Sequence record: PV112478.1
DNA length: 64,000 nucleotides
Strand: one strand, 5' to 3'
Of the stretch, positions 20,116-28,791 are shown one piece after another (positions within the stretch are counted from its first letter, which is position 1; each line of letters starts with the position of its first letter). Under the pieces are notes generated by a model, which ran no database searches, was not told where the DNA came from, and worked only from the letters and a program-made list of their open reading frames with translations. A program made the position numbers and the translations under genes.

Positions 20116-20122
20116 GTAATAT
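20116..20122 (-). promoter_or_regulatory. Candidate early (virion RNAP) promoter element ATATTAC
   Basis: TATTAC matches the published phiKZ early promoter consensus; lies ~90 nt upstream of the operon carrying the nvRNAP subunit. Confidence 0.4.
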
Positions 20123-20150
20123 AGGTCTGAACATTTTTCGATTTGACGGA

Positions 20151-20186
20151 CATAGACCCAGTCTCCCGCCGAAGCGAGAGACTGGG
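20151..20186 (-). terminator. Major capsid gene terminator followed by TCTATGTCCGT
   Basis: 13-bp stem CCCAGTCTCTCGC-TTCG-GCGGGAGACTGGG (one G-U pair) downstream of MCP. Confidence 0.8.
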
Positions 20187-20220
20187 CTAAGAGTTAGTAA
20201 ACTAACTTACGCGCGTTAAC

Positions 20221-22506
20221 TTAGGACGCAGGAACAACCTGAGTTTCGTTAACGTCGAGCGCGGTACGCTGTGCGATCGCTTCTTCCAGGTTGACCACGT
20301 TGATGACCAGCATGATCGGCAGGAAGTTGAAATAGCGGTAGCGCGGGGTCAGGCGGATTTCTTTACCGATACGTTGGTTACGGATCATGTTGAAATCAAC
20401 CAGGTATTCCGGGATGAAGCCCAGAACGCCGTGCTGCAGCGGATGCGGTTCAGACTCGTTCGGCAGGATGAAAGTCATGACGATCTTGTCTTTCATACGC
20501 AGATCGGAGATACGCGCGATGGTGTAATCGTAACCGATACCCACGGTGCGGTCGTCGCCGTTGATCTGGATGTACTGCGGCAGACGCATGTCAGTACCGA
20601 TCGCTACGTGCGGCTTCGGAGAACGGCCAGAGAAGGCAGCTTCCAGAGCAGCGGTGTAACCGGTCAGCTGATCTGCGGTGTAAACCATTTCGTTGATCTT
20701 GGACACGATCAGGCCCTGAATATCGCTCTGTTTTGCAGCAGAGGTCAGGCTGTTCAGATCGTTCAGAACATCGATGGTCGCTTCGTTGAAGTACGGACGC
20801 ACGTAGTACTGACCAACGCCTTCCAGACCGAGGTTAGATTCGATCGGATGCGGTACACCAACGCCCAGGTAGGACTTCAGGGTGTCGGCGCGGTTCAGCA
20901 GGGTGGTCACGGCGTTGTTACGCATCTGAATGCGGTACGCAGTGGTCAGTGCTTCCAGGCGCGGATAGGTTTTGTCGTCTTCAACCATGGCCGGTTTAAC
21001 GATGACCAGCGGCGGCAGAGTCGGGATCATGAAACCTTGTTTCTGTACGTCGGAGTCAATCAGCAGACCCATTTCCAGCTGGTTGATGTTGGTCAGACGA
21101 GCTTCCAGGCTATAGCCTTCGCCTTTCACTTCCAGACCGGACAGTACCGCAGCAACGCGCGAATCGGTCAGCGCGATTTCTTTACCGTCTTTGTCGAATA
21201 CGCGAGCAACGCGCAGAGAACGCAGAGAGGTGTCGCCATTACCGTTTTCAACGTTCATTTCGCCGTCGATTTTCACGTCCAGCTCAACGCGATAACCCTG
21301 ATCGAACAGAGAACCGAAGAGTTGGGATTCAGCGCCGTTCACCAGACGAGTCTGATCGCCCAGACCGATAGCGGTGTGGAATTTCAGCTGCATCTGACGG
21401 AAGTTGTATTCGCGGGTCGCGGTGTACGCAGCGTACTGGTTCTGGTTAACGTCCAGCGCCAGCAGTTCAGTGGTGCCGCCTTTGGTGACGGAGACCAGCA
21501 GTTGTTTCAGGGCAATACGGCTGTCCAGGGAGTCGGTAAAGGTCATGGAACCTTTTTTCAGACGGGACGGCGTTTGCGCCAGCATCAGCAGGTTGAAGCC
21601 TTCGCCATTTTCGCTGAATTTCAGGAAGTTGGTATCGAAGGTGTCTTTACCCTGTTTCACGGTCTGCGCAGCCAGAACCGACGGGGCGATGAACTGGTCG
21701 TCGTTTTCGCCAGACTGGATAACCGGGATCAGCTCGGTGCTGTTGGTTTCCAGAGTGGTGTAATCCAGCAGACCCTGCAGGATGTTACGCTTGATGATTT
21801 CTTGTTTCTCGCCGCCCAGACCTTCACCGGTCCAGCCTTCCCACACCATGTTACGACGGATAGACAGCTGGAAGCCAGCCTGGTCCGGGGTCACGATATA
21901 GGTGCGATAGAACAGTTCAGCGAACTCGTGCTGTTTCGCTACGATCATGTTGATCGCGTAGGAATGTTCGCGCCATTTTTCGGTTTCTTTCTCATCGAAA
22001 GATTCCAGAGACGGCAGGGAACCGGCCGGCAGGGTCGCGATGGAACCGTTAGCACCCGCAGAAACGAATTCGTTAACACGAACGTCGTTTTCAAAGGACG
22101 GAATGCTGTAACCGTCACGGTAGTAAGCGCGCGGTGCGTTGTGAGACATCGCCAGGACAGCAGCTGCTTCAACCGCAACTTCTTTCTGGTGTTCACGCAG
22201 TTCTTCACCGCCGTCAACAAAGCCTTCGCCTTCGCCGTCTACTGCATCAGCAGATTCGGTGATGGAGCTGATCTGATCGACCGCGTCGTTCAGGGACTCT
22301 TTGACCGCTTCCAGGGTGGATTCTACTTCTTCCGGGTTTACGCCCAGTTCACCGTAGCTTTCCAGCGCAACAGACATGACACCAGCGGCAGCGCCCTGCG
22401 GCAGCAGGGTGTGGTTCTTTTCAACGGACTGGCGAACGCTGTCGACCAGTGATTTAATAGCACCAGCAGCGCCGGCGCCCAGTAGACCTTTTTTAGGACG
22501 TGCCAT
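20221..22506 (-). CDS. Major capsid protein (phiKZ gp120-like)
   Basis: 761 aa, strongly biased codon usage, acidic N-terminal region with ALE/SFE/SLE sites, C-terminal PRYRYFNFLPIM; synteny with DnaB. Confidence 0.9.
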   Translation of the reverse strand: MARPKKGLLGAGAAGAIKSLVDSVRQSVEKNHTLLPQGAAAGVMSVALESYGELGVNPEEVESTLEAVKESLNDAVDQISSITESADAVDGEGEGFVDGGEELREHQKEVAVEAAAVLAMSHNAPRAYYRDGYSIPSFENDVRVNEFVSAGANGSIATLPAGSLPSLESFDEKETEKWREHSYAINMIVAKQHEFAELFYRTYIVTPDQAGFQLSIRRNMVWEGWTGEGLGGEKQEIIKRNILQGLLDYTTLETNSTELIPVIQSGENDDQFIAPSVLAAQTVKQGKDTFDTNFLKFSENGEGFNLLMLAQTPSRLKKGSMTFTDSLDSRIALKQLLVSVTKGGTTELLALDVNQNQYAAYTATREYNFRQMQLKFHTAIGLGDQTRLVNGAESQLFGSLFDQGYRVELDVKIDGEMNVENGNGDTSLRSLRVARVFDKDGKEIALTDSRVAAVLSGLEVKGEGYSLEARLTNINQLEMGLLIDSDVQKQGFMIPTLPPLVIVKPAMVEDDKTYPRLEALTTAYRIQMRNNAVTTLLNRADTLKSYLGVGVPHPIESNLGLEGVGQYYVRPYFNEATIDVLNDLNSLTSAAKQSDIQGLIVSKINEMVYTADQLTGYTAALEAAFSGRSPKPHVAIGTDMRLPQYIQINGDDRTVGIGYDYTIARISDLRMKDKIVMTFILPNESEPHPLQHGVLGFIPEYLVDFNMIRNQRIGKEIRLTPRYRYFNFLPIMLVINVVNLEEAIAQRTALDVNETQVVPAS

Positions 22507-22620
22507 TTTATTACGTTCCTTTAATAACGTTATTTTAGAAACTCTCTCGACAGCGCTGTCAAGAAATTGTCATATGATTCAATAAACACGAATGCAGTAA
22601 TGTTTCATAATATACTACAA

Positions 22621-23181
22621 CTAGCCGGATACCGCTACACGAAGGTAACGTTTAAAGAATTCGTATTGTTTGAATTCCCCGTACTCCAATTTACCACCGA
22701 CGGTTTCCAATAAAGCATTGAAGAAAGCACGCTCATCCTGAAAAACCGGGACACGGCTCCCTATAAGAACTAATGTATCGGAATCCACCAGTAACGGCAG
22801 GTAATACTCTTTCGCCATCAAACCCGTTGCCTGGAATGAGAGCGGCGATTCGTTCTTTTCGGCTAGAGCGTCTGACACATTAACAGAGATACGCACGTTC
22901 TCAACCTTTTTACTGCGATCGGCGAGGAACAGTGCGTTGGCATCGGTCGAAGCAATAGAAGGAATATCTTCGAAAGCGCGATCCGTGAAGGCATTCACGA
23001 AATTCTGCGTCAGCGCATAAATAATGACTTGCTCCTCTGATAATATAGAAGACTTCGTCTCCAACAATTTAGAAAAGCAAAGAAGATCTTGATAGCTGAG
23101 GTCCGGGGATGCGGTGACTACCTCATCCAACCAACTCGGAACCACCGCGACACGAAGACGTTTTATTGGTGTGATCTTCAT
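22621..23181 (-). CDS. Hypothetical protein
   Basis: 186 aa ORF between MCP and DnaB. Confidence 0.65.
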   Translation of the reverse strand: MKITPIKRLRVAVVPSWLDEVVTASPDLSYQDLLCFSKLLETKSSILSEEQVIIYALTQNFVNAFTDRAFEDIPSIASTDANALFLADRSKKVENVRISVNVSDALAEKNESPLSFQATGLMAKEYYLPLLVDSDTLVLIGSRVPVFQDERAFFNALLETVGGKLEYGEFKQYEFFKRYLRVAVSG

Positions 23182-23238
23182 AACGGCCCCTGTGGGTGAA
23201 AAATATTTTTTAACATAAAATTTGAGTGAGATGGAACC

Positions 23239-24798
23239 ATGAATTATAAAATGACGATTGTGAACGCCTTGGCGCTGTTGTTCTGGGAAAACCAGATTAG
23301 TTCAGGAAGCGATAGTAAGGCACTCGTCAAGAATATCATGCAGTATGCTAACCCCGGTAAAAACTCCACCGACAGTGACAGAGTAAAAGAAATTTACGAA
23401 GGGTTACAAGTTCTCATTCTTAAGATGACGTCACGTCAGGATCTTTGTAAGAATAGAGAACTCATTGTACAGAACGTCAGAATGATTGCAGCGGATGAAC
23501 CTTACGTTGTCGACATTGTTGAAGGGGCGCTCGATTTACACTTAGACGAAGCCGCCATCAAAAATCATTGTCGTCTCCTGATTCAGGAGTTAAACGACGT
23601 CATACGTAAAGCAGAGTTTCGCAAACGCTTCCAGGAATTCAGTAAAGATGTGCTTTACGGCGACGGAGAATTTCAGCTGAACGAAGTCGCCAGAAGCATG
23701 ATCACACATTTTGAAGGTTATGCGCACGATAAAAGCGATAAGCCTGAACATACGCCAGGCGTTATGGATTTCGTTGACTTCAACGATGAAGAATCCCTGA
23801 AAGCAATCTTCACTCGAGCTCGTGATCAGATCTCTCCGGACGAGATTATCAAGTTTGGTCTTCAGGGACTCAACCGGATGTTTGGTGAGCAAATGGGTGG
23901 TCGTCGTGGTGAGATGGTTTTAGTCGGTGGTTTACAACACCATTTCAAATCGGGTCTGACAATGATGATGACTCGGGGCGCAGCACTTTATAATATCCCT
24001 AAATTAAAAGACCCGACGAAGAAACCGGCAATCGTACTGATATCGTCTGAGAACGACCTGCCGATCAACATGCAAACCATGTATAAGCAATGTGTTGAAC
24101 CGACGTTAGGACGTCAGATTAAGAAGAACGAAATTGATCCTAATATTGCAGCACAGTTCATGAAAGAGAAGTTTGCCGAGAATGGTTGGCATTTCTTGAT
24201 GTTCCGCATTAACCCGGATGAATTCACTTTCTCTTCACTGCAATCGTTGACGTTAGGTCTCGAAGCAGACGGTTACGAAATTGTCGTCATGACGTTCGAC
24301 TATTTGGCGATGATGTCCAGTAAAGGTTTTGATAACGGTGGAATCACTGGACGTGAGAAACAAGCCATGTTTAAACGCACCCGTAACTTTATGGTCATGC
24401 GTCATGTTCTGTTTATCACGCCTCACCAGTTGTCAACTGAAGCCTTGAGCATCGAACGTGATCGCCCTGGGCAGTTCCTTAATGAGATACTTAACCGAGC
24501 TTACTATAACGAATGTAAAACCATCGCTCAGGAAGTAGACTTTGAAGTCAATATCCAAAAACAAATTGTCGATGGCGTCGCGTATTTAAACTTGGGGCGC
24601 GGTAAACACCGTGGGGTAGATAACACACCAATTCAGGATCAACGTTGTACCTACCGCTTTACGGACATTGGGATTCCTGATGACATTTACACCGAAGACC
24701 AATCGATGAAAAAACCAGGTGCCCAGACCGCAGGACAGGGTGGGGGTGCAGCTTGGTTCCAAACTAACGACCAACTCAACGATTTCGTACTCAACTAA
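23239..24798 (+). CDS. dnaB: Replicative DNA helicase, DnaB-like
   Basis: Walker A variant GGLQHHFKSG, LISSEN, Walker B MTFDYL, PHQLS, and LGRGKHRG arginine finger. Confidence 0.88.
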   Translation: MNYKMTIVNALALLFWENQISSGSDSKALVKNIMQYANPGKNSTDSDRVKEIYEGLQVLILKMTSRQDLCKNRELIVQNVRMIAADEPYVVDIVEGALDLHLDEAAIKNHCRLLIQELNDVIRKAEFRKRFQEFSKDVLYGDGEFQLNEVARSMITHFEGYAHDKSDKPEHTPGVMDFVDFNDEESLKAIFTRARDQISPDEIIKFGLQGLNRMFGEQMGGRRGEMVLVGGLQHHFKSGLTMMMTRGAALYNIPKLKDPTKKPAIVLISSENDLPINMQTMYKQCVEPTLGRQIKKNEIDPNIAAQFMKEKFAENGWHFLMFRINPDEFTFSSLQSLTLGLEADGYEIVVMTFDYLAMMSSKGFDNGGITGREKQAMFKRTRNFMVMRHVLFITPHQLSTEALSIERDRPGQFLNEILNRAYYNECKTIAQEVDFEVNIQKQIVDGVAYLNLGRGKHRGVDNTPIQDQRCTYRFTDIGIPDDIYTEDQSMKKPGAQTAGQGGGAAWFQTNDQLNDFVLN

Positions 24799-24824
24799 TT
24801 CATCCATAACCTTTTCACTCAATA

Positions 24825-24870
24825 ACGGCATAGTGCCGCTCCCATGGATAGCGAAAGCTATCCATGGGAG
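24825..24870. terminator. Convergent-junction hairpin with GCGAAAGC loop; TATGCCGT follows on the - strand
   Basis: 14-bp perfect stem CTCCCATGGATAGC-gaaa-GCTATCCATGGGAG. Confidence 0.8.
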
Positions 24871-24880
24871 GCTTTTTAGC

Positions 24881-25243
24881 TTATACGCTTTTTAGCGGAT
24901 TCAGTTTGTCTACTTCGGGGTTACACGGGTACTGCTGTTTGAGCTTGCGGTAAAGACATCCTTTATACCGTGTCAGGTTATCCTCCACCAACTTCAGTAA
25001 TTCATCGCCGGTATAGTCCGCACCTTCGTCTCCCGTAAAGAAACCGACGTAGATCAGATGGAGACAGATAGCGGCGGTACTGTCCTGCTGTTGATGTTTG
25101 TATTTGAGCAGTTCTAACATTTCACTGGCCGACTTGATCACGAAATGATCTATTTTATCGATGAGTCGGTAGACGTGTTCTATCTGTTCTGTTGTTGTCA
25201 TACGTTCCATACGACGTTCGCCAAGATTAATCAAGTCAGCCAT
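24881..25243 (-). CDS. Hypothetical protein
   Basis: 120 aa, GAAGGA SD. Confidence 0.65.
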   Translation of the reverse strand: MADLINLGERRMERMTTTEQIEHVYRLIDKIDHFVIKSASEMLELLKYKHQQQDSTAAICLHLIYVGFFTGDEGADYTGDELLKLVEDNLTRYKGCLYRKLKQQYPCNPEVDKLNPLKSV

Positions 25244-25246
25244 AGA

Positions 25247-25420
25247 TTATCCTTCAGTTAGTTCTGCATACCGTTGTGCGATTTGATTGTCAGACATATT
25301 GGCCAGTTGAGCTTCGGTATAACCGAAGCGATACTGTAACACGGTTTCCTGGTAGGCACGTGGAGAGAGTTCAACCTCACCGCCAGCGTCGATATGGTAA
25401 GATACCTTATTATCGCTCAT
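25247..25420 (-). CDS. Small hypothetical protein (57 aa, not in the ORF track)
   Basis: Translated by hand: MSDNKVSYHIDAGGEVELSPRAYQETVLQYRFGYTEAQLANMSDNQIAQRYAELTEG; GAGGA SD; stop 3 nt before the next ATG. Confidence 0.75.
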   Translation of the reverse strand: MSDNKVSYHIDAGGEVELSPRAYQETVLQYRFGYTEAQLANMSDNQIAQRYAELTEG

Positions 25421-25452
25421 TCTCGTGATTCCTCATTAAGAAATAAAAAGTC

Positions 25453-25478
25453 CACTGGTGAGGAAACCCTCACCAGTG
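25453..25478 (-). terminator. Intrinsic terminator
   Basis: 11-bp stem CACTGGTGAGG/CCTCACCAGTG followed by GACTTTTTATTT on the - strand. Confidence 0.75.
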
Positions 25479-25501
25479 TAACCAAATGGTTTCTAATCTC
25501 A

Positions 25502-26329
25502 TCAGAAGTCGAAACGTAGGATATACGACAGAACAGGATTGCAGTAAACTGCCGCATCGGTCAATACTGCTAAACGCCGTGACCAGAATTGCTTCGTCAA
25601 TTTCGTTTTATCGGTTAAGGCTTTCGCCATTACCCCATAAAGCGAATAAGCGATGCCTCTGGCCTGCGACTGCATTTCAAATGCAGCACGTTCTTTACCG
25701 AAACTATAACCTTGTCCTGGGAAGTAAAGACTGAAACTTTCTTCCTGATACGGGAAACGATTGACGGCAAAAGCCGACCAATCATCGATCTTCGTTAACC
25801 ACGTTTCAATTTCATAATAATCCTTCCCGCGTAAAAAGAAATCCGGGGATTCATTATTCACTAACGCGGCACGTTCCGCGTAAGTGGGCGGATCGTTACC
25901 GAACAGCACTTTGACACAGATATCTTCCGGATGAACTTTGTCTACCCAGACCAACTCCGTATTCCACGCATAGAGCCATGAAAAGAGTTTTTGAATATGG
26001 GTACGAATGAGTTCATCGCTTTGATCGGTATCAAAACTGACGGTCTCCAAAAAGTTAACAATTTCTTGCGTGGCTTCGATAGCCATAGGGTAACGATCAA
26101 GTAAAGGTTCGTAGACCCCGTCCTTTGGAAACGTCGGCATGATATAACCATCGACCAACGAAACTGCGTAGTTGATCGTGTTGTGTCCCCACGGGTCGCT
26201 AAAACACGGATTCAGTACTTCGTCAATAGTGAGAAGCTGGCGTTGATTGTACGTCTTGGTTCGGGCCAAGGAGTCAGTAATCCATTCCTTGACCTTCGGT
26301 ACCCATTTCTGGTTCTCGGGATAAAGCAT
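25502..26329 (-). CDS. Hypothetical protein
   Basis: 275 aa, AGGAG SD. Confidence 0.7.
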   Translation of the reverse strand: MLYPENQKWVPKVKEWITDSLARTKTYNQRQLLTIDEVLNPCFSDPWGHNTINYAVSLVDGYIMPTFPKDGVYEPLLDRYPMAIEATQEIVNFLETVSFDTDQSDELIRTHIQKLFSWLYAWNTELVWVDKVHPEDICVKVLFGNDPPTYAERAALVNNESPDFFLRGKDYYEIETWLTKIDDWSAFAVNRFPYQEESFSLYFPGQGYSFGKERAAFEMQSQARGIAYSLYGVMAKALTDKTKLTKQFWSRRLAVLTDAAVYCNPVLSYILRFDF

Positions 26330-26909
26330 AAAGACTCCTGTCTGACGACAAAGGCGGGAAAATGATTAAGTGCGTAAAACGAGAAAGATGATCAAAGTCA
26401 ACGAAGCCACCTTGGGCGAGATAGAACCCTAAAGCAACCTTGTCTTTGCGCACAACGATTAACTTGATTGCGTGATTCTTTTTCGCCGCTCGAATCGATT
26501 GGAGTAATTTAGTTCCTAATCCTTGTCCTCGATATTTTTGACCGATGATCAATGTGTCGATGACGGGGTGTTGATCAATCAAACTGACTGCATACCCGAC
26601 GACTCTTCCGCCATCGCGCAGTAACCACAATTCAACCGATTTCTGATGGACGTCCATCACCTCAAGTACGGCTTCAGTAAACGTCTGGATTTGTAACCGA
26701 TGACAATTGACTTTATTAAGATGCTGTTGTAGTTCCGACGTGAGTTTATTCAGCTGGGCGAGTTCACTCCCGTTTAAATTAAATTCTTCGTCTGGATTTA
26801 ATACCCTGTGCTCTACCTGTAGTTCGGTTAAGGTTTCGCCAGGAAAAAGGTGAGTAAAGCGGCTGATACTTGTAATTTTTGCATCAGTCCTGGAGTTTCC
26901 GTGTTCCAC
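26274..26909 (-). CDS. GNAT-family acetyltransferase (start uncertain)
   Basis: Acetyl-CoA-binding motif A LIIGQKYRGQGLGTKLL and motif B VALGFYLAQGG; GRVVGYA beta strand. Confidence 0.75.
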   Translation of the reverse strand: MEHGNSRTDAKITSISRFTHLFPGETLTELQVEHRVLNPDEEFNLNGSELAQLNKLTSELQQHLNKVNCHRLQIQTFTEAVLEVMDVHQKSVELWLLRDGGRVVGYAVSLIDQHPVIDTLIIGQKYRGQGLGTKLLQSIRAAKKNHAIKLIVVRKDKVALGFYLAQGGFVDFDHLSRFTHLIIFPPLSSDRSLYALSREPEMGTEGQGMDY

Positions 26910-28171
26910 TGTTCTTCTGCCCGTATAAGTGTACCTTCAAGGATCGTTGTCACTGACCCATTGTCGTAGTAAACGCGAACTGGCATTCCGGGGGTAAGTA
27001 ACCGGATGTCAGACCGCTCCCATTTCACTGCCATGATCAGCCCGTCGTACGCAGCGATACGCGATTGTTCTCTCGCCAGGTTATCCGTAATAGGATTATC
27101 TGAAACATGAGCAATTGTTAACCCGTCACTACGGGGCTTGCGCATGATATCGACAGAGACCGCTTCACGGTTGTAAACCGCGCGGTTATCACCATCAACC
27201 ACCACCGGACTCTCAAAGAAATTACTGGCTTTCTGGAAGTGAACACCGTTACCAGACGACACGTTACCGGATACAGAGATATCTTGCGTCTTTGCGCCGC
27301 CGGTGGCGATGACCTTTAACGTTGACCCTTCCCATTTATACGTGCAATCTGCCGTGGGGAGTTTTAGCGAATCCGCCACAAAGACCGAGAGGCGTTTTTC
27401 GGTTTTAGTAAACCGTTGCGTGTTGTACAACGGGAAAATAAACCAGCGCTGATTCTCAATAAACGAACCGATACCGTGGTTATACAACCCGCCCTCTTTC
27501 GCCTGAAGATAATGCGGTAAACTCGTCATCTTCACTTGATGGTCAACAATAATCTGTTCACGGATCGCGCTTTCTCCGGTGACGTCAGCATCAACCATCT
27601 CCAGCCCTAAGAGCGGCGGAAGACCCGCTTGCTTGTCCTCGTTCGTTTTCGCAATGATATACGCCCGTAGAACGTCACTGGCGGTACTGAAGCGGAATAC
27701 ACCCTGTGCCGATTTAGCCGACATGCTCAATGCGATCGGGTCGACTAACTGCACATGAAAGATTCGGAGATCATCAGAACCGTCTGTATAAGGCGTCGAT
27801 TGTAATCCGGGTGTCCCGCCTAATGAGGCGATTTCGTTATTCGAAAAGAATGCCCGGTATGTCGTCTGAATAGTAAGGCCATTACTGAACTTCACTTCGG
27901 ACACCGCATCCACCTGTTCCTGGAACAGTGTCAGGTAGAGATTGTCTCTGACTGCAAAGAGCTGGTTAAAGTCTTTTGTAATCATGGCAATCTCAAGGGT
28001 GATATTCGAACAAAAACGCTCACCGTACTCCGATCGGATTCGTTTCCCGATAACAGCCTTTACGGGGTACTGAACGCCTTGTACCGTAAAGATTGCCCGG
28101 AGTTGGTAACGAGGGTTGGCGCCACTCGCCGCTAATGTCATGATTTGCTGGCGAAGTAATTGGGTATTCAT
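26828..28171 (-). CDS. Virion structural protein, possible baseplate hub (gp27-like)
   Basis: 447 aa; C-terminal WERSDIRLLTPGMPVRV resembles hub-type domains; structural cluster. Confidence 0.5.
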   Translation of the reverse strand: MNTQLLRQQIMTLAASGANPRYQLRAIFTVQGVQYPVKAVIGKRIRSEYGERFCSNITLEIAMITKDFNQLFAVRDNLYLTLFQEQVDAVSEVKFSNGLTIQTTYRAFFSNNEIASLGGTPGLQSTPYTDGSDDLRIFHVQLVDPIALSMSAKSAQGVFRFSTASDVLRAYIIAKTNEDKQAGLPPLLGLEMVDADVTGESAIREQIIVDHQVKMTSLPHYLQAKEGGLYNHGIGSFIENQRWFIFPLYNTQRFTKTEKRLSVFVADSLKLPTADCTYKWEGSTLKVIATGGAKTQDISVSGNVSSGNGVHFQKASNFFESPVVVDGDNRAVYNREAVSVDIMRKPRSDGLTIAHVSDNPITDNLAREQSRIAAYDGLIMAVKWERSDIRLLTPGMPVRVYYDNGSVTTILEGTLIRAEEQWNTETPGLMQKLQVSAALLTFFLAKP

Positions 28172-28791
28172 GAACGGTACCTCTTACGTTTCTTGAGGAC
28201 GTCGTAATCAATACGTTCTTCGATAGGGATATAATCCGCCGCACTGCGTTTAGAGACCACCGCTTTTTGACCGAAAGGATCGAGGCCGATCGCGGGTGCA
28301 GCACTCTTGATAACCTTAGCCAATCCAGTGACGTTATCGTCTTTGCCGTGTTGACGGACTTTGTTGTAAATCTGGCGAGCGAATTCGTCCATCTTACGAA
28401 GATCTTCTAAACGCTGCTGTGTGACACTCGGGTCTTCTCTGCGAAGACCGTACTGCTGCGATTGGTGCCAACGCGTACAGTCCGCTAAATGTTCCTGTAT
28501 GATTTTGTTGATCTTCTCGGCATCAACCATACCGTTGACCAACTCCATCGCCACGCCGTCATGCCATAACTCCACCATCTCCGCAATCGTTCGCCAGACC
28601 ACGGTAGGACGTTTTGCTGCCTGTGCATCAATATCCGCATAACCGGTTGTAAACATCCCGCGTGAATGAACATCGTTTTCGTCCATGGCGTCCACAACGG
28701 ACATCCTCACGCTAAACATTTTGTCAAAAATAATTTGACCTGCAGTTTTTGGTTTGGTGCGTGCGGTTTCAATGACCACGGTTGTCGTCAT
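28168..28791 (-). CDS. Hypothetical protein
   Basis: Likely start ATG 28791, overlapping the upstream stop (TAATG), rather than 28869. Confidence 0.65.
   Translation of the reverse strand: MTTTVVIETARTKPKTAGQIIFDKMFSVRMSVVDAMDENDVHSRGMFTTGYADIDAQAAKRPTVVWRTIAEMVELWHDGVAMELVNGMVDAEKINKIIQEHLADCTRWHQSQQYGLRREDPSVTQQRLEDLRKMDEFARQIYNKVRQHGKDDNVTGLAKVIKSAAPAIGLDPFGQKAVVSKRSAADYIPIEERIDYDVLKKRKRYRS

Noticed and set aside
20374-22452. 692-aa ORF antisense to the major capsid gene
   Set aside because: It lies codon-for-codon opposite a highly biased gene; avoidance of TTA/CTA/TCA codons in MCP removes antisense stops. No SD or recognisable motif.
26274-26909. SRFTHL occurs near both ends of the GNAT ORF
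   Set aside because: The underlying codons differ and both copies fall in regions overlapping neighbouring genes; treated as coincidence.
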